DNA of 64,000 bases, from the IMG/VR virus record IMGVR_UViG_3300042691_031247; one strand, given 5' to 3'. The stretch comes from a virus. Its lineage: Duplodnaviria > Caudoviricetes. Numbering within the stretch: position 1 is the stretch's first letter; every line of letters starts with the position of its first letter. The position numbers and the translations under genes are program-made. Positions 1-9,171 of the stretch are shown one piece after another. The notes below the pieces were generated by a model. That model worked only from the letters and a program-made list of their open reading frames with translations, searched no databases and was not told the DNA's origin.

Positions 1-96
1 AGCGTCTTGCGCCGTGACCGCCACGAGATTACGGCACCAGTTCAGTACGGCTTCAGACGGATGATCCAGCTCAAAATTGTCATTGAGCGCTACCAT
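1..96 (-). CDS. Hypothetical protein, 5' part only (MVALNDNFELDHPSEAVLNW...), runs off the window
   Basis: ATG at 96 with GGAG about 12 nt upstream; frame open to base 1. Confidence 0.4.
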   Translation of the reverse strand, partial: MVALNDNFELDHPSEAVLNWCRNLVAVTAQDA

Positions 97-598
97 CGGG
101 TTTCGTTTCTCCGGCGGTCAAGGGTTCAGTTTTAAAGTAGTTGTTAGCAGCCGCGGCTCGAATATAGTCTCCAACCAAAAGGTCGTGACCAACCTCAATA
201 AAAGCAAATTTGCGCAGCGTATCTTCCATGTACTCAGCGTCTATAACGAGCGTGTCGGGCCACGACGCGGCTTCTTCGGCGTATAGCTGGTCTGCGCCGT
301 TGGCTTTGTAAAACTTTATTACTTCGTTACGGTAGACCTCTTCTGCCGCGGGCCCGCGTAAAATTTTGGCTTCAACAGCTGCCTCTGCGCTATTGTCGTC
401 CTCGTCGTGCACTGCGGCGAGCCGGAGCGTGCAAAGGCAGCTCGAAAGCTGCGCTATGATCGTTGACACCATTTCGTCGTCTTGGTTTTCGCAGAAGCTG
501 CTCGCAAACGCGCGCATCAGCAGTTCTTCGATAATTTCCGCTGTTACGGGTTCTTTGTTTGCAACTAGATAATGCAGCCGTAAATCTTCTTTGCTCAT
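80..598 (-). CDS. Hypothetical protein
   Basis: 172-aa ORF, ATGA overlap with the upstream gene. Confidence 0.7.
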   Translation of the reverse strand: MSKEDLRLHYLVANKEPVTAEIIEELLMRAFASSFCENQDDEMVSTIIAQLSSCLCTLRLAAVHDEDDNSAEAAVEAKILRGPAAEEVYRNEVIKFYKANGADQLYAEEAASWPDTLVIDAEYMEDTLRKFAFIEVGHDLLVGDYIRAAAANNYFKTEPLTAGETKPDGSAQ

Positions 599-969
599 AC
601 AGAACTCGCTTCTGGTTTGGGGTCAAGGCGTTTGTGCAGCTCATCGCGCCATACGTACGCCTGCGAACCGCGCCCAAACTTTGTCGGGCAATTGATATCA
701 AAATCTCGGATCATGCTAGATAGTGCGTCCAGCCCGTAGATACCGCGCATCTGGTTGACTGGCTTACCGTCAGGGCCGGAGATGGTGTATTTTGGATTGC
801 TGAAGTCACTCTCATAAATCGTGGTGCAGCGCTCGACCATTTCTTGCGGCACGCCGACATCCAAAAACGCCTGCGGGTCAAATATTGTGTGGCCGTCGCA
901 TATGTCTGCGGCGGCGAGCACAATGTGCGCAGGAATATCGGTCCATTTGATTGTGTGGGCTTCAGTCAT
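595..969 (-). CDS. Hypothetical protein
   Basis: Start moved to ATG 969 (GAGGAG upstream); in tandem with neighbours. Confidence 0.7.
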   Translation of the reverse strand: MTEAHTIKWTDIPAHIVLAAADICDGHTIFDPQAFLDVGVPQEMVERCTTIYESDFSNPKYTISGPDGKPVNQMRGIYGLDALSSMIRDFDINCPTKFGRGSQAYVWRDELHKRLDPKPEASSV

Positions 970-1201
970 CTGTTTGCTCCTCGCATACGCTGTCGTAGTT
1001 TTGCTCGTCGTCGCTGCTGAGTCCTTCGTATTCGGTAATGCAGCCGCCACACACGAGCCGATTGACCCATCGATGCGCGTCGTCTATGTCGATCTCTTCA
1101 CCGCAAGCAGCGCACGGAATAATCGTTTCTTCTAGGTAGGCTAGCAAGTTTTCTTCGTCCTGCAACGCCGCGTCTTCGATCGTGTCGTGGATAGAGTGCA
1201 T
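962..1201 (-). CDS. Small acidic protein with CxxC...CxxC (zinc-ribbon-like)
   Basis: CAAC...CGGC motifs; GGGG SD-like sequence upstream. Confidence 0.55.
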   Translation of the reverse strand: MHSIHDTIEDAALQDEENLLAYLEETIIPCAACGEEIDIDDAHRWVNRLVCGGCITEYEGLSSDDEQNYDSVCEEQTDD

Positions 1202-1215
1202 GGTTGTTCCCCTAG

Positions 1216-1250
1216 TGCCCGGGCGGTAGTTTTTGGCTACCGCCCGGGCA
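1216..1250 (-). other. Perfect 14-bp intergenic hairpin (7-nt loop), no U tract
   Basis: TGCCCGGGCGGTAG (1216-1229) / CTACCGCCCGGGCA (1237-1250). Confidence 0.75.
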
Positions 1251-1268
1251 GTGGCTTCGGTTTAGATA

Positions 1269-1892
1269 TCAGTCCCACACGCGGATGACGGTGTTGTCCC
1301 GTGCAACCGTACGCTGGTATGTGATCCTATATGTGCCCGGCGGCAACAGCCAGTCGCCGTGTTCCGGGTGCGCGATCGTGTTAGCCTTGGTCAGCCTGAG
1401 AATCGGGCCAGCGAACGCAAGCATCGTGGTGGCGTCCTGCGCCGTCAACCGGTTTGTCGGCGCGGCCGGGTTGGCGCGACGTTCGGCCCACTCGGCTTCC
1501 TGCAGCCTCGGCCGCCAGTTTGGCTCAGCCGTGGAGATCCCGCGCATTTCGGCGAGTTGTGCAAACATCTCGCGGGAGCCAGCCTCAACCGGGCTGTAAA
1601 CAGTGACGCCGTCTCCGTGAGCCAGACAGTGTCGGCTACCCTTGGTGTTACCCTCGGCAAGCTGAAGCGGAAATACCGGGTGCAGCGTACGCGTGTAGAG
1701 CAGCGGCGTTTCCGAAATGTCATCAATCTTCTGAATGTAAATATCGCCCTGTCGAACAGCATCGCCGACGCTAGCCGCTTCGGGAAACTGCTGCGGGGCG
1801 TCGTTCTTAATCTGCTCAACAGCCGCGGCGGCAGCACGAAGCCGCACCACCGTGGCATGCGAAACCGGGGCGTCAATAACAGCGGTACTCAT
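1269..1892 (-). CDS. Conserved partner of DUF6745 proteins (RQGD...LAEG...H...HPEH...LPPGxYxxxxQR)
   Basis: Motif pattern recognised; AAAGGAG SD before ATG 1892; directly downstream of the DUF6745-like gene. Confidence 0.7.
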   Translation of the reverse strand: MSTAVIDAPVSHATVVRLRAAAAAVEQIKNDAPQQFPEAASVGDAVRQGDIYIQKIDDISETPLLYTRTLHPVFPLQLAEGNTKGSRHCLAHGDGVTVYSPVEAGSREMFAQLAEMRGISTAEPNWRPRLQEAEWAERRANPAAPTNRLTAQDATTMLAFAGPILRLTKANTIAHPEHGDWLLPPGTYRITYQRTVARDNTVIRVWD

Positions 1893-1912
1893 GAAAAACT
1901 CCTTTGGTTGAT

Positions 1913-3343
1913 TTACGATGCGCCAATAACCCGAACCCGATTGGCAGCGTACGAAACACTCGAAGTGGTTCCGGCGTCTGCCATCCAACCCTGCGCTTCA
2001 ACGCAGGTGCTAATATCTCGCGGCACGCTGATGAAATACCGCCGCCCAGTAGAACGGCAGAACAACACCATCCGGTTTTGACCGGTTCTGTTTTCTTGTC
2101 CGCGCGGCGGACCAACCAGCATCTCGGTCGTGTTATCAATATCGTTAACACGGCTATCAAGAACTGGGCAGTCTGCCTCTGCAATAAAGCGATCCCAGCC
2201 GAAACGCTCGATGGCCAGCCGGCGTGTTTCCTCGTTACGAATGCGCATGATGTGCGCCGTCGACAGTTGCTCCGGTTTTGCGACAATCATCCGGCCGCCT
2301 TCGTTCATGAAGTGCCCGTCGTTGAACCATAGCTTTACGCCGTCGGCCCACTGTACTGCCGGTCCGGTCGTGCTGTGCAAATTGTCCGACTCGTTCAGCG
2401 TGATGCGCGGACGATCGGCAAGGATGATGCACGACGACTGGAACGCGGCAAACGCCGTGCAGTGGTGGAACACTTCGTGCTCCCACGTAGTCGCTGGGTC
2501 ATCGATCTTTAGGATCTTGCACAGAATTTCGGCGTCAAGCGCCTGCGGCACGCTGCCCAGAAACACGTTGTCGTCAGAAATTGAATTAGTCGGGTTGGTT
2601 AATTCGTTTATGGACATGGCGCGATTCAGCTCGCCAATTGACCCCGCGGTCGAGCTGCTGTCAAAAATAATCTTGCCGCTAATTTCAGACAGCTTCTTTT
2701 CCGTCTTTAATACTTCGTTGTTGCGCATTGTTCCGTCCCAACTACGAAAACGCTCTGTGATAGCTTCTAGGCCGACGGTGTCGTTGAGCATAGATCGAAA
2801 AAGATTGACTGTGGTGGTCAAGTTGTTTGTCTTGTACATGACAACATCTTCTACGCCTTCGCCGCGGCTTCGCCACCAGCGACGACTTAACCCAAACGAA
2901 GTCGCTATGAGGTTTTCACTTGTCATGTACTCTTCGCGAATTGCCCGCAACCACGTTCGGGTAAACTCGTTGTTTTGCATGTTGCTCCACCAACGCCGGC
3001 GATCGCTATTCCAGCCGAGCAACGAGTCTTTACGCAGCGGGATAACAAACGCGCTGTCGATTTCAAGCTCGCGACACAGCTCTTTTGCGTATGTCTTTGT
3101 CATCCGTCCGCGCACTACCGCCATCGAAATCATGAACGTCACCGGCGACGAGGCGACGTGAAAAGTTACAGGGCTTTTCTTGTGGCGGTCCGAGCGAAAA
3201 GAACCCAAACCACCGGCATAACCGGCGCGAAGTATTTCCGCAGCTTTAGCGTGGCTGGGTTGGCCGTTGTGAATAGTTTCAAGCCAGCGATTGATCGTGT
3301 TTTCAACAATGGTTCGAGTTGCTTTGGAGATCTTAGATTTCAT
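1913..3343 (-). CDS. DUF6745-like domain protein
   Basis: LHSTTGPAVQWADGVKLWFNDG motif and conserved RRLAIERFGWDRF...CRSTGRRY..VP C-terminus; start at ATG 3343 abuts the upstream stop. Confidence 0.7.
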   Translation of the reverse strand: MKSKISKATRTIVENTINRWLETIHNGQPSHAKAAEILRAGYAGGLGSFRSDRHKKSPVTFHVASSPVTFMISMAVVRGRMTKTYAKELCRELEIDSAFVIPLRKDSLLGWNSDRRRWWSNMQNNEFTRTWLRAIREEYMTSENLIATSFGLSRRWWRSRGEGVEDVVMYKTNNLTTTVNLFRSMLNDTVGLEAITERFRSWDGTMRNNEVLKTEKKLSEISGKIIFDSSSTAGSIGELNRAMSINELTNPTNSISDDNVFLGSVPQALDAEILCKILKIDDPATTWEHEVFHHCTAFAAFQSSCIILADRPRITLNESDNLHSTTGPAVQWADGVKLWFNDGHFMNEGGRMIVAKPEQLSTAHIMRIRNEETRRLAIERFGWDRFIAEADCPVLDSRVNDIDNTTEMLVGPPRGQENRTGQNRMVLFCRSTGRRYFISVPRDISTCVEAQGWMADAGTTSSVSYAANRVRVIGAS

Positions 3344-3344
3344 G

Positions 3345-3800
3345 TTAGGTAGTGGTTGCCATGATGGGGTCAACAAACCCGCAGTTCAGCGTGCTGTCTG
3401 TCAGCACAATTTCAAGTGTTTCAAAGTGATCGCAGTTCTGTACCCAGCTGCGCGGAATATTAATTACTTCGGCAAAGTCATCGCCGCCGACTAATTCTCG
3501 GCTATTGTCGTACCATTCGTCGTCGGTATTTGGGTTGCAGTGTTCGGCGTAAACAACGTGTGAGCCGCTATCGGCGCCGTCGATGTCTCGCGGAATACCG
3601 TTGCTCATGAGGTATACGCCGCGATCGTGTACAAATACCAATCCGGGGCCCACGGGCGTTCGCGTTTCCGGCGGTTCTAACCCAAGCTCGTGAAACTGCT
3701 CGTTCGTCATGTTCTCGTGCCCCATGTCAAACTCTGTTGCTGCGTACGCGTGCTCAAGACAGCGCTTCACTTCTGCAGCTTTAAACCTTAGCGTGCTCAT
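3345..3800 (-). CDS. DUF3085-like protein
   Basis: VHDRGVYLMSNG...VYAEHCNP...GGDDFAE motifs. Confidence 0.75.
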   Translation of the reverse strand: MSTLRFKAAEVKRCLEHAYAATEFDMGHENMTNEQFHELGLEPPETRTPVGPGLVFVHDRGVYLMSNGIPRDIDGADSGSHVVYAEHCNPNTDDEWYDNSRELVGGDDFAEVINIPRSWVQNCDHFETLEIVLTDSTLNCGFVDPIMATTT

Positions 3801-3999
3801 GCTTTAACTCCAGTACCACAAATCCGACAGGGTTACAGTTAGTTAGTTTTTGGGCGTCAATTTCAGCTTCAGCTTTATTGTCGTACACCTTGCCGGGTTC
3901 AACTCCGGCGTCAGCGCACGTCGGCCCGCGATAGGCCCATGGCGCGGTAGGGTTATCAAACGCTCGCGACGACTTCATGATGATGTACTTTGTTGTCAT
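3781..3999 (-). CDS. Hypothetical protein
   Basis: 72-aa ORF in a tandem array; GGAG upstream. Confidence 0.6.
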   Translation of the reverse strand: MTTKYIIMKSSRAFDNPTAPWAYRGPTCADAGVEPGKVYDNKAEAEIDAQKLTNCNPVGFVVLELKHEHAKV

Positions 4000-4354
4000 T
4001 ATTTAGCTCCTTCTCTAGATTTTTACCTCTTCCAAACATCCACGAGTCGCCGTCTTCTGGTTGAATGCGGCGCAGCCAGTCGGCAACACTGGGGATGCGG
4101 CCAAGGTCTTCGTTGACGTGCTGCTCGCCGATATACCGTACCGGCACGACGCGCCCGTCAGAATTTGTGATTACCTTTCCGAAGATTCGTTCTGATAAGA
4201 AAATCCCTTCGGAGTGGTGCCGCAGCGCGCGATGGCGAAAGTCGGCCATGTGCGCTTTTGATCCATCAAACCATTCGTGGATCGCGAGATAGTCGTCTAC
4301 CTCGCCTCCCCACTTGCGCACTGACGACAGCGCGTGATGGTACGGATGTGCCAT
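3956..4354 (-). CDS. DUF6915-like protein
   Basis: MAHPYHHALSSVRKWGG...IHEWFD.SK...RHRALRHHSEGIF signature. Confidence 0.8.
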   Translation of the reverse strand: MAHPYHHALSSVRKWGGEVDDYLAIHEWFDGSKAHMADFRHRALRHHSEGIFLSERIFGKVITNSDGRVVPVRYIGEQHVNEDLGRIPSVADWLRRIQPEDGDSWMFGRGKNLEKELNNDNKVHHHEVVASV

Positions 4355-4707
4355 TATTTTTTCGTTGCCTTTTCGATGGCAGCGATCGCGTGGTCAATAA
4401 CGAGTGTCGTATCGTTTTCTGACTCGTCATCTGGGTACAACCGCTCGTATAGCGAGATTAGTTCGTCTTTGGTGTTACGCAACGCTTCCAGTAGCTCTGG
4501 CGCTGCCGCAATTAACCGCGTGTTCGCTGCGTCTTCGTCGGTGACCCTATGGCGACCGAGCGGTTCAAACCCGTTTGGTTCGGTTGGGAAAAAGGTACAG
4601 GTGCTAAACGCAACAATACGCTGCGCGCTTGGCGAATCAATTGCGTGAGCTTCCCAATCTTCTAAATCTACATCGTTTTTTATTACCCACGGGCCGGGTG
4701 TGTGCAT
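4354..4707 (-). CDS. Phage hypothetical protein (HTPGPW...ANxRLIAAAPELLEAL family)
   Basis: Both widespread phage motifs are present. Confidence 0.75.
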   Translation of the reverse strand: MHTPGPWVIKNDVDLEDWEAHAIDSPSAQRIVAFSTCTFFPTEPNGFEPLGRHRVTDEDAANTRLIAAAPELLEALRNTKDELISLYERLYPDDESENDTTLVIDHAIAAIEKATKK

Positions 4708-4709
4708 TG

Positions 4710-4919
4710 CTAATCTCCTGTGTACAAGTCAAGCACAGAGGTCAGATCGCTGTGCGTAGCTGACCAGTCCATTTTGTCTTCGGCTATTTCAGAAGAACGT
4801 TCCCAGTCGGCGTCGTCGGGTCTGCCGAACATGTCAGCGCTCCACCAAGCCAGAATGACGCTTTTGACGCCGTTCTTTTTCGCTCGTCTTAGATTGTCAA
4901 TCGCCTCGTCAATAGTCAT
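4710..4919 (-). CDS. Hypothetical protein
   Basis: 69-aa ORF, tightly packed with neighbours. Confidence 0.6.
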   Translation of the reverse strand: MTIDEAIDNLRRAKKNGVKSVILAWWSADMFGRPDDADWERSSEIAEDKMDWSATHSDLTSVLDLYTGD

Positions 4920-5209
4920 GCTAGCGGTTTCACTGTTGGTTCGGTTGCGCCTTCTGCAAACTCTATGTCTGCTTCGCCGCGCATCACTTGTTTAATGATG
5001 TTGACGTCGTTGAGCACCCGTTCAATCCACGGCTGCATGTGCAAGATAAGCGGATCGTCAGCCGGCCGCTTTGCCTTATACATCAGCATCATCGACATAC
5101 CCACGACCACCATTTCAAGCGGCGGACAATCAGCGGCCCAGTCGGCGGTATACGTGATTGGCGCCATCACCTCTTTAACGTCTTCTTCTGTCCATTTGCC
5201 CGCGGTCAT
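4916..5209 (-). CDS. Hypothetical protein
   Basis: 97-aa ORF, 4-nt overlap with the next gene. Confidence 0.6.
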   Translation of the reverse strand: MTAGKWTEEDVKEVMAPITYTADWAADCPPLEMVVVGMSMMLMYKAKRPADDPLILHMQPWIERVLNDVNIIKQVMRGEADIEFAEGATEPTVKPLA

Positions 5210-5213
5210 TTAG

Positions 5214-5657
5214 TCACCACTCGTTTTGCGTCGTGGTTGTTTCCATGATGCGCTCGTTGTGCTGGTGCTTGATCTTGCCTTTGAGCGTATCGATTTCAAT
5301 TTCGCCAAAACTACCTTCGTTAATCTCCCAGCCGCCCGGAAGAAGATCCCAAAGCGTATCATAAAACTCCGCAAGCTTTTCGAGCGAAATAATGGGCTTG
5401 GCGTCAGTGCCGGTCGGCGTTGCGTACTGCCGCTTGAACTCTTCGAAATACACTCTGCGGCCGTTTGTCGACGATTCCATGGCTTCGCTGTCGTGCTGCG
5501 CTACGGGGTCGCAGAACCAAAAACAGAGTTCTTGAAAGTCCCCGGAATCGCCGCTGCCGTCATACGAGGCAATTACCCGTGTAACGCCAAGCGCATTAAA
5601 CAGCGGGCAGATTTCTTTAAGCGTTTCAATTGGCGTTTTGACTTTAGTTTTTGCCAT
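5214..5657 (-). CDS. DUF6878-like protein
   Basis: YDGSGDSG...GWEINEGSFG motifs; start moved to ATG 5657 just after the upstream TAA. Confidence 0.7.
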   Translation of the reverse strand: MAKTKVKTPIETLKEICPLFNALGVTRVIASYDGSGDSGDFQELCFWFCDPVAQHDSEAMESSTNGRRVYFEEFKRQYATPTGTDAKPIISLEKLAEFYDTLWDLLPGGWEINEGSFGEIEIDTLKGKIKHQHNERIMETTTTQNEW

Positions 5658-5658
5658 G

Positions 5659-6162
5659 TTAATAAGACGCGTATACCGTACAGGGTTTACCGGTTTTCTT
5701 TTCTTTCTCTTCAGCAAGCGTGACAAAATTTTGAAATGACTCGACCACGCGGTCCGCAAGGTCAGACTGTTCGCCGTATAGTCGCGCTTGCCGTTCACGT
5801 ACAGCCTCTTCGACCGTCATTGGTCTTGTTGTGTCGCTTCTGATGTTTCCGCCTTCTGCAACCTTGGCGCCAGTTGATTGCACCATATCCAAAAACATTG
5901 CAGCGAGCTTGTGCCCGTCGCCGGTCATTGCTGGTTCTGTGACACGCGTTAGCCGTTCGCGCATAACAGCGGCAGGAATCTGCGCCCGGCAATCGTCAGC
6001 CTCGAACGCTTCGCGCACAAGGATTCGCGTGGCATACGGGCCGCCGTGGTACGCTTCGCGCAGATAACCGACGTGACCGGACGTGGTAGAAAAACCAGTG
6101 GCTTGCGCCGACTTTTCTTCTTCTTCCATCCCGTCCCATTCCAGATAGATATCAATACCCAT
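5659..6162 (-). CDS. Conserved hypothetical protein (MGIDIY...GHVGYLREAYHG)
   Basis: 167-aa ORF, 1-nt overlap with the upstream gene. Confidence 0.75.
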   Translation of the reverse strand: MGIDIYLEWDGMEEEEKSAQATGFSTTSGHVGYLREAYHGGPYATRILVREAFEADDCRAQIPAAVMRERLTRVTEPAMTGDGHKLAAMFLDMVQSTGAKVAEGGNIRSDTTRPMTVEEAVRERQARLYGEQSDLADRVVESFQNFVTLAEEKEKKTGKPCTVYASY

Positions 6163-6389
6163 TACTTGCTCCTCTTCTTTTTGCAGTTGAGCGCCGCGGT
6201 CATGTCAGCTTTGGATGCGTCGCTGATATCGAGCGAGCAGCCGCTGTCTTTGTGTGTCAGCACTATTTTTTTATCGAGTTTTCTGACGTCAGCAAGCACC
6301 GCAGCCGTTTCAGCGGCCGCCTCGTCTACAGCCTCGATGACGTATGTTTCTGCGCGGGTGCGAGAAACGCGAACATGGAAATAAGGCAT
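6162..6389 (-). CDS. Hypothetical protein
   Basis: 75-aa ORF; AGAGGA SD upstream. Confidence 0.6.
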   Translation of the reverse strand: MPYFHVRVSRTRAETYVIEAVDEAAAETAAVLADVRKLDKKIVLTHKDSGCSLDISDASKADMTAALNCKKKRSK

Positions 6390-6398
6390 TGTGTCCTC

Positions 6399-6445
6399 TG
6401 TAAATAAAGAGAGGGCGCCGGGAGAACTAGCCCCCGGCGCCCTCT
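6399..6445 (-). terminator. Rho-independent terminator downstream of 6478..6810
   Basis: 13-bp stem (6410-6422 / 6433-6445) followed on the minus strand by CTTTATTT. Confidence 0.7.
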
Positions 6446-6477
6446 ACGACTATCTGTTGTTAGTTACTGCCGGCAGT

Positions 6478-6810
6478 TCACTGGCAGCAGCAGCCGCGCG
6501 GGCCGCGGCAGCTACGCGTGCGGATTACGCGGGCCGGCGCTGTCACAACGCGCACCGGAACCTCTACGACGGCGCGGGTTACCGTGCGGGTCTTCTCGAT
6601 CGTCCGACCGAACAGACCATTGCGGCACGAGCTGCGGCACGAGCTTTCCGTGCAGCAGGTGCCGTTGGCGCACGCCGGTGCGGCCTCGGCAGCTACCGCC
6701 GGAGCGGCAGCAGCGGGCTGCACGAGCACGCTCTGCGGTTCGCCGGCATCGCCAGCAAACGCCACGGACGAAACAAACGCAAGGACCACAGCTGCAAAAC
6801 AAGACTTCAT
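6478..6810 (-). CDS. Small exported Cys-rich, Ala/Arg-rich protein with signal peptide
   Basis: MKSCFAAVVLAFVSSVAFA signal peptide (AFA cleavage motif), CANGTCC..C..C, GLFGR, terminal CRGPRGCCCQ; GGAG SD. Confidence 0.7.
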   Translation of the reverse strand: MKSCFAAVVLAFVSSVAFAGDAGEPQSVLVQPAAAAPAVAAEAAPACANGTCCTESSCRSSCRNGLFGRTIEKTRTVTRAVVEVPVRVVTAPARVIRTRSCRGPRGCCCQ

Positions 6811-6879
6811 GTCAATCTCCTTGAACTACCGAACAAATACTACCGCACGCGCGGCAATAACCTGCTCAGCGATACTCTT

Positions 6880-6907
6880 TGTATAGCGGAGCAGGATTTT
6901 GTTGCAA
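6880..6907 (-). promoter_or_regulatory. Candidate sigma70-like promoter TTGCAA-N16-TATACA
   Basis: AT-rich 144-bp gap upstream of 6478..6810; hexamers read directly. Confidence 0.5.
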
Positions 6908-6954
6908 CCCCAAAATCAAAAACAGATTCTGGGGAATTTTGTCAAAATGCGTAA

Positions 6955-7221
6955 TTATTCACGCACTACGTGAACGTTGTACCAGCGCATTTTATCGTTG
7001 AGCCACTTGGCCTCGGCGGCGAGTGCGTCTGCGCGCGACTCAAAGTTACGCAGAGACGGCCCGCCAACTGGCGATAAATCAGCAATCCACTCTCCCGGAA
7101 TTGTCGGGTCAGGCTCAACATGACTGGCACGTTTGATATCAAGCTCTCCCAGCGCTTTTAGGTTGATCTCTTCGCCATAGAGACATTGCGCTGAGCCGTT
7201 GGGGCGAATGTATAGCTGCAT
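6955..7221 (-). CDS. Small conserved protein (IxRASHVEPD...WxADLSPVGGP), usual partner of the DUF1257/DUF2997/AAA module
   Basis: Motif recalled from planctomycete gene clusters. Confidence 0.7.
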   Translation of the reverse strand: MQLYIRPNGSAQCLYGEEINLKALGELDIKRASHVEPDPTIPGEWIADLSPVGGPSLRNFESRADALAAEAKWLNDKMRWYNVHVVRE

Positions 7222-7225
7222 TGTG

Positions 7226-8227
7226 TTACATCGACATCAGACGTCGAGAGGGTATTAGCTCGTTCATGTTAACCGCTCGCGGCAACTGCGCCACGGCTGC
7301 AGGCGTATACAGGTTTTGTCGTCGCCGCTCAGACCTTGACACGTTGTACGCATTAAATTGCGTAACGTTGTCAATGATTGCTCCCGCAAACAACGCGTCT
7401 TCATGCACGTCTTCGCGAGCGTAGGTTTGCGACGGGCCATCATACGTAGGGCGAAAAATGATATGACCGCCGGCTGCAACAGCATGGCCGCGAAACGCTA
7501 ACAGGGCATTGATTTGTTCGACGTTTGCAATGATGGCGTAGTCGACAACTTTTAGACGTGACCGTTCAAACGTCGGGTCGTTCTGCTCACGCGAGTAGAT
7601 CGACACTTGCATCAGTTTGCTGCCCACGACCTGCGCTTTCCCGGCAATAGTGACAAAGCCGCGAAGCACAGAACTGCTGATTTGCGCTTCGCCGCCGACG
7701 TACGCCTGACCTTCGAGCGACGTTTGAATTGCAATCGCTTTTCCCGAAATACCGCAGTGACCGCGTAACGTGCAACTGATAACGCGGGCGCTGTCTCTGA
7801 TAAACGCGTTTTCGTACGCAGTTGTCGAGCCAGAAACAACACCGCCGTATACACGGGCTTCGTTTGAGAACTGGCAGTCGTCCATTACTCGGGCCCGGCC
7901 GCTGACGCTCGCAAACTGGTTCAGTTTTACGTTTCCGCTGACGTGCGCGTATCCGCAGATCTGGGCCCGATTATGCACGCGTACGTTGCCCTCAACACGG
8001 GCGTTGTGATACACCTGCGCTAGCTTGTAAACAAAAACCGAATCGGCAACTTTTGCGGTATCTGCTACCCAGCCCTCGCCGTTAACGTGTCGATGTGCAA
8101 ACACGCGGCCGTTACCGTCTTTGAAATCATGCTTTGATGCCCGCTTCTTTTTTGGTTTGACCGCGGTCATCACCGCTGCCGCCGCATCCAGCACGGCGAC
8201 AGCGCTGTCTTTTTGTTCCTCCATCAC
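7226..8227 (-). CDS. Hexapeptide-repeat (left-handed beta-helix-like) protein
   Basis: Six-residue periodicity (A[RKQ]VxxxA[RKQ][VI]xG); GGWVA-like lead-in GEGWVADTAKV. Confidence 0.75.
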   Translation of the reverse strand: MMEEQKDSAVAVLDAAAAVMTAVKPKKKRASKHDFKDGNGRVFAHRHVNGEGWVADTAKVADSVFVYKLAQVYHNARVEGNVRVHNRAQICGYAHVSGNVKLNQFASVSGRARVMDDCQFSNEARVYGGVVSGSTTAYENAFIRDSARVISCTLRGHCGISGKAIAIQTSLEGQAYVGGEAQISSSVLRGFVTIAGKAQVVGSKLMQVSIYSREQNDPTFERSRLKVVDYAIIANVEQINALLAFRGHAVAAGGHIIFRPTYDGPSQTYAREDVHEDALFAGAIIDNVTQFNAYNVSRSERRRQNLYTPAAVAQLPRAVNMNELIPSRRLMSM

Positions 8228-9171
8228 GACTCCATCGGAAGGACACGCCGTCTGGGCGCGTTTGTGATCAGACTGTCGAGCGCGGTTTTAACCTCGCCCA
8301 TCTGCTGCGTCAGGTTTTGCCGTAGGTTGTTGTTTTTACGCAAATCCTTGACGTCGATACCGGACACAAGCTCGTTGGCTTGCCTAATGAGTCTTTCTAG
8401 TTGCGCATTCGAACGCACGTTCATGTCCTGAAAATTCTCGTAAAACTCTTTGAAGTTCTCGATAGCCGAAACCTTGAACGTCTTTTTGGTTCCGTCTGGC
8501 TCGTCGGTCAGCCGCTCGATGAGATGCGAGATCATGTCTTGCAGCTGCTCGGCAAACGCGTTCTCGGCCATGACTACAGCCGTCTCAAACCGTTGTTGGA
8601 CGCGTTGCTGTTCCTGTTGATACAGTTCGGGATTAAACGTCATTAGGTAGTTTGGCGGCTCAACGGGCGGGTACTCCCAGCGAAGATCAAATACACCATC
8701 TAGTGACGCCGGGTAGTCCGCAGGGTTGTATAGATCACCCAGCTTTTCGCGGGCGGCGGTTTTTAACGTTTCGTATTCTAGTTGCAGGTTGGCGGCCGCG
8801 GCGACCAGCTGTTCTTTGTACTCGCGCATCCGATCTTCAAACGCGCCGATGTCCGCCTGTTTGATTAGTCGCACGCCGTCCTGCGGATATGGCAACGTGA
8901 CGGCTCTCCAGTACGCCGCCGCCTGACTCTTGAGCGTGGTTAGCACGCGATATGTCGTGTTCTTTGTATCGATAAGGCGCTTGGACGCTGTGACCAGATC
9001 GGTGGCGGCATGAAACGTATCAGCGGCTTGCTTGGTCTGCGCATCAGATAGCTTGCGCTGCGTCCCTAACCACGAGAACGACAGCTTGACGGCGCCCATC
9101 GTCTGGCGCAAGTCGCTAGCTGTCTGCTCCACTGTCGTGTTTTCTTCGATCGTTGTGTCGGTTGTGGACAT
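8224..9171 (-). CDS. Helical/coiled-coil protein (DUF3150-like) of the AAA module
   Basis: VKLSFSWLG...LPYPQDGVRLI...ADYP...F.VSAIENF..F...NVRSN; long amphipathic helices. Confidence 0.7.
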   Translation of the reverse strand: MSTTDTTIEENTTVEQTASDLRQTMGAVKLSFSWLGTQRKLSDAQTKQAADTFHAATDLVTASKRLIDTKNTTYRVLTTLKSQAAAYWRAVTLPYPQDGVRLIKQADIGAFEDRMREYKEQLVAAAANLQLEYETLKTAAREKLGDLYNPADYPASLDGVFDLRWEYPPVEPPNYLMTFNPELYQQEQQRVQQRFETAVVMAENAFAEQLQDMISHLIERLTDEPDGTKKTFKVSAIENFKEFYENFQDMNVRSNAQLERLIRQANELVSGIDVKDLRKNNNLRQNLTQQMGEVKTALDSLITNAPRRRVLPMES

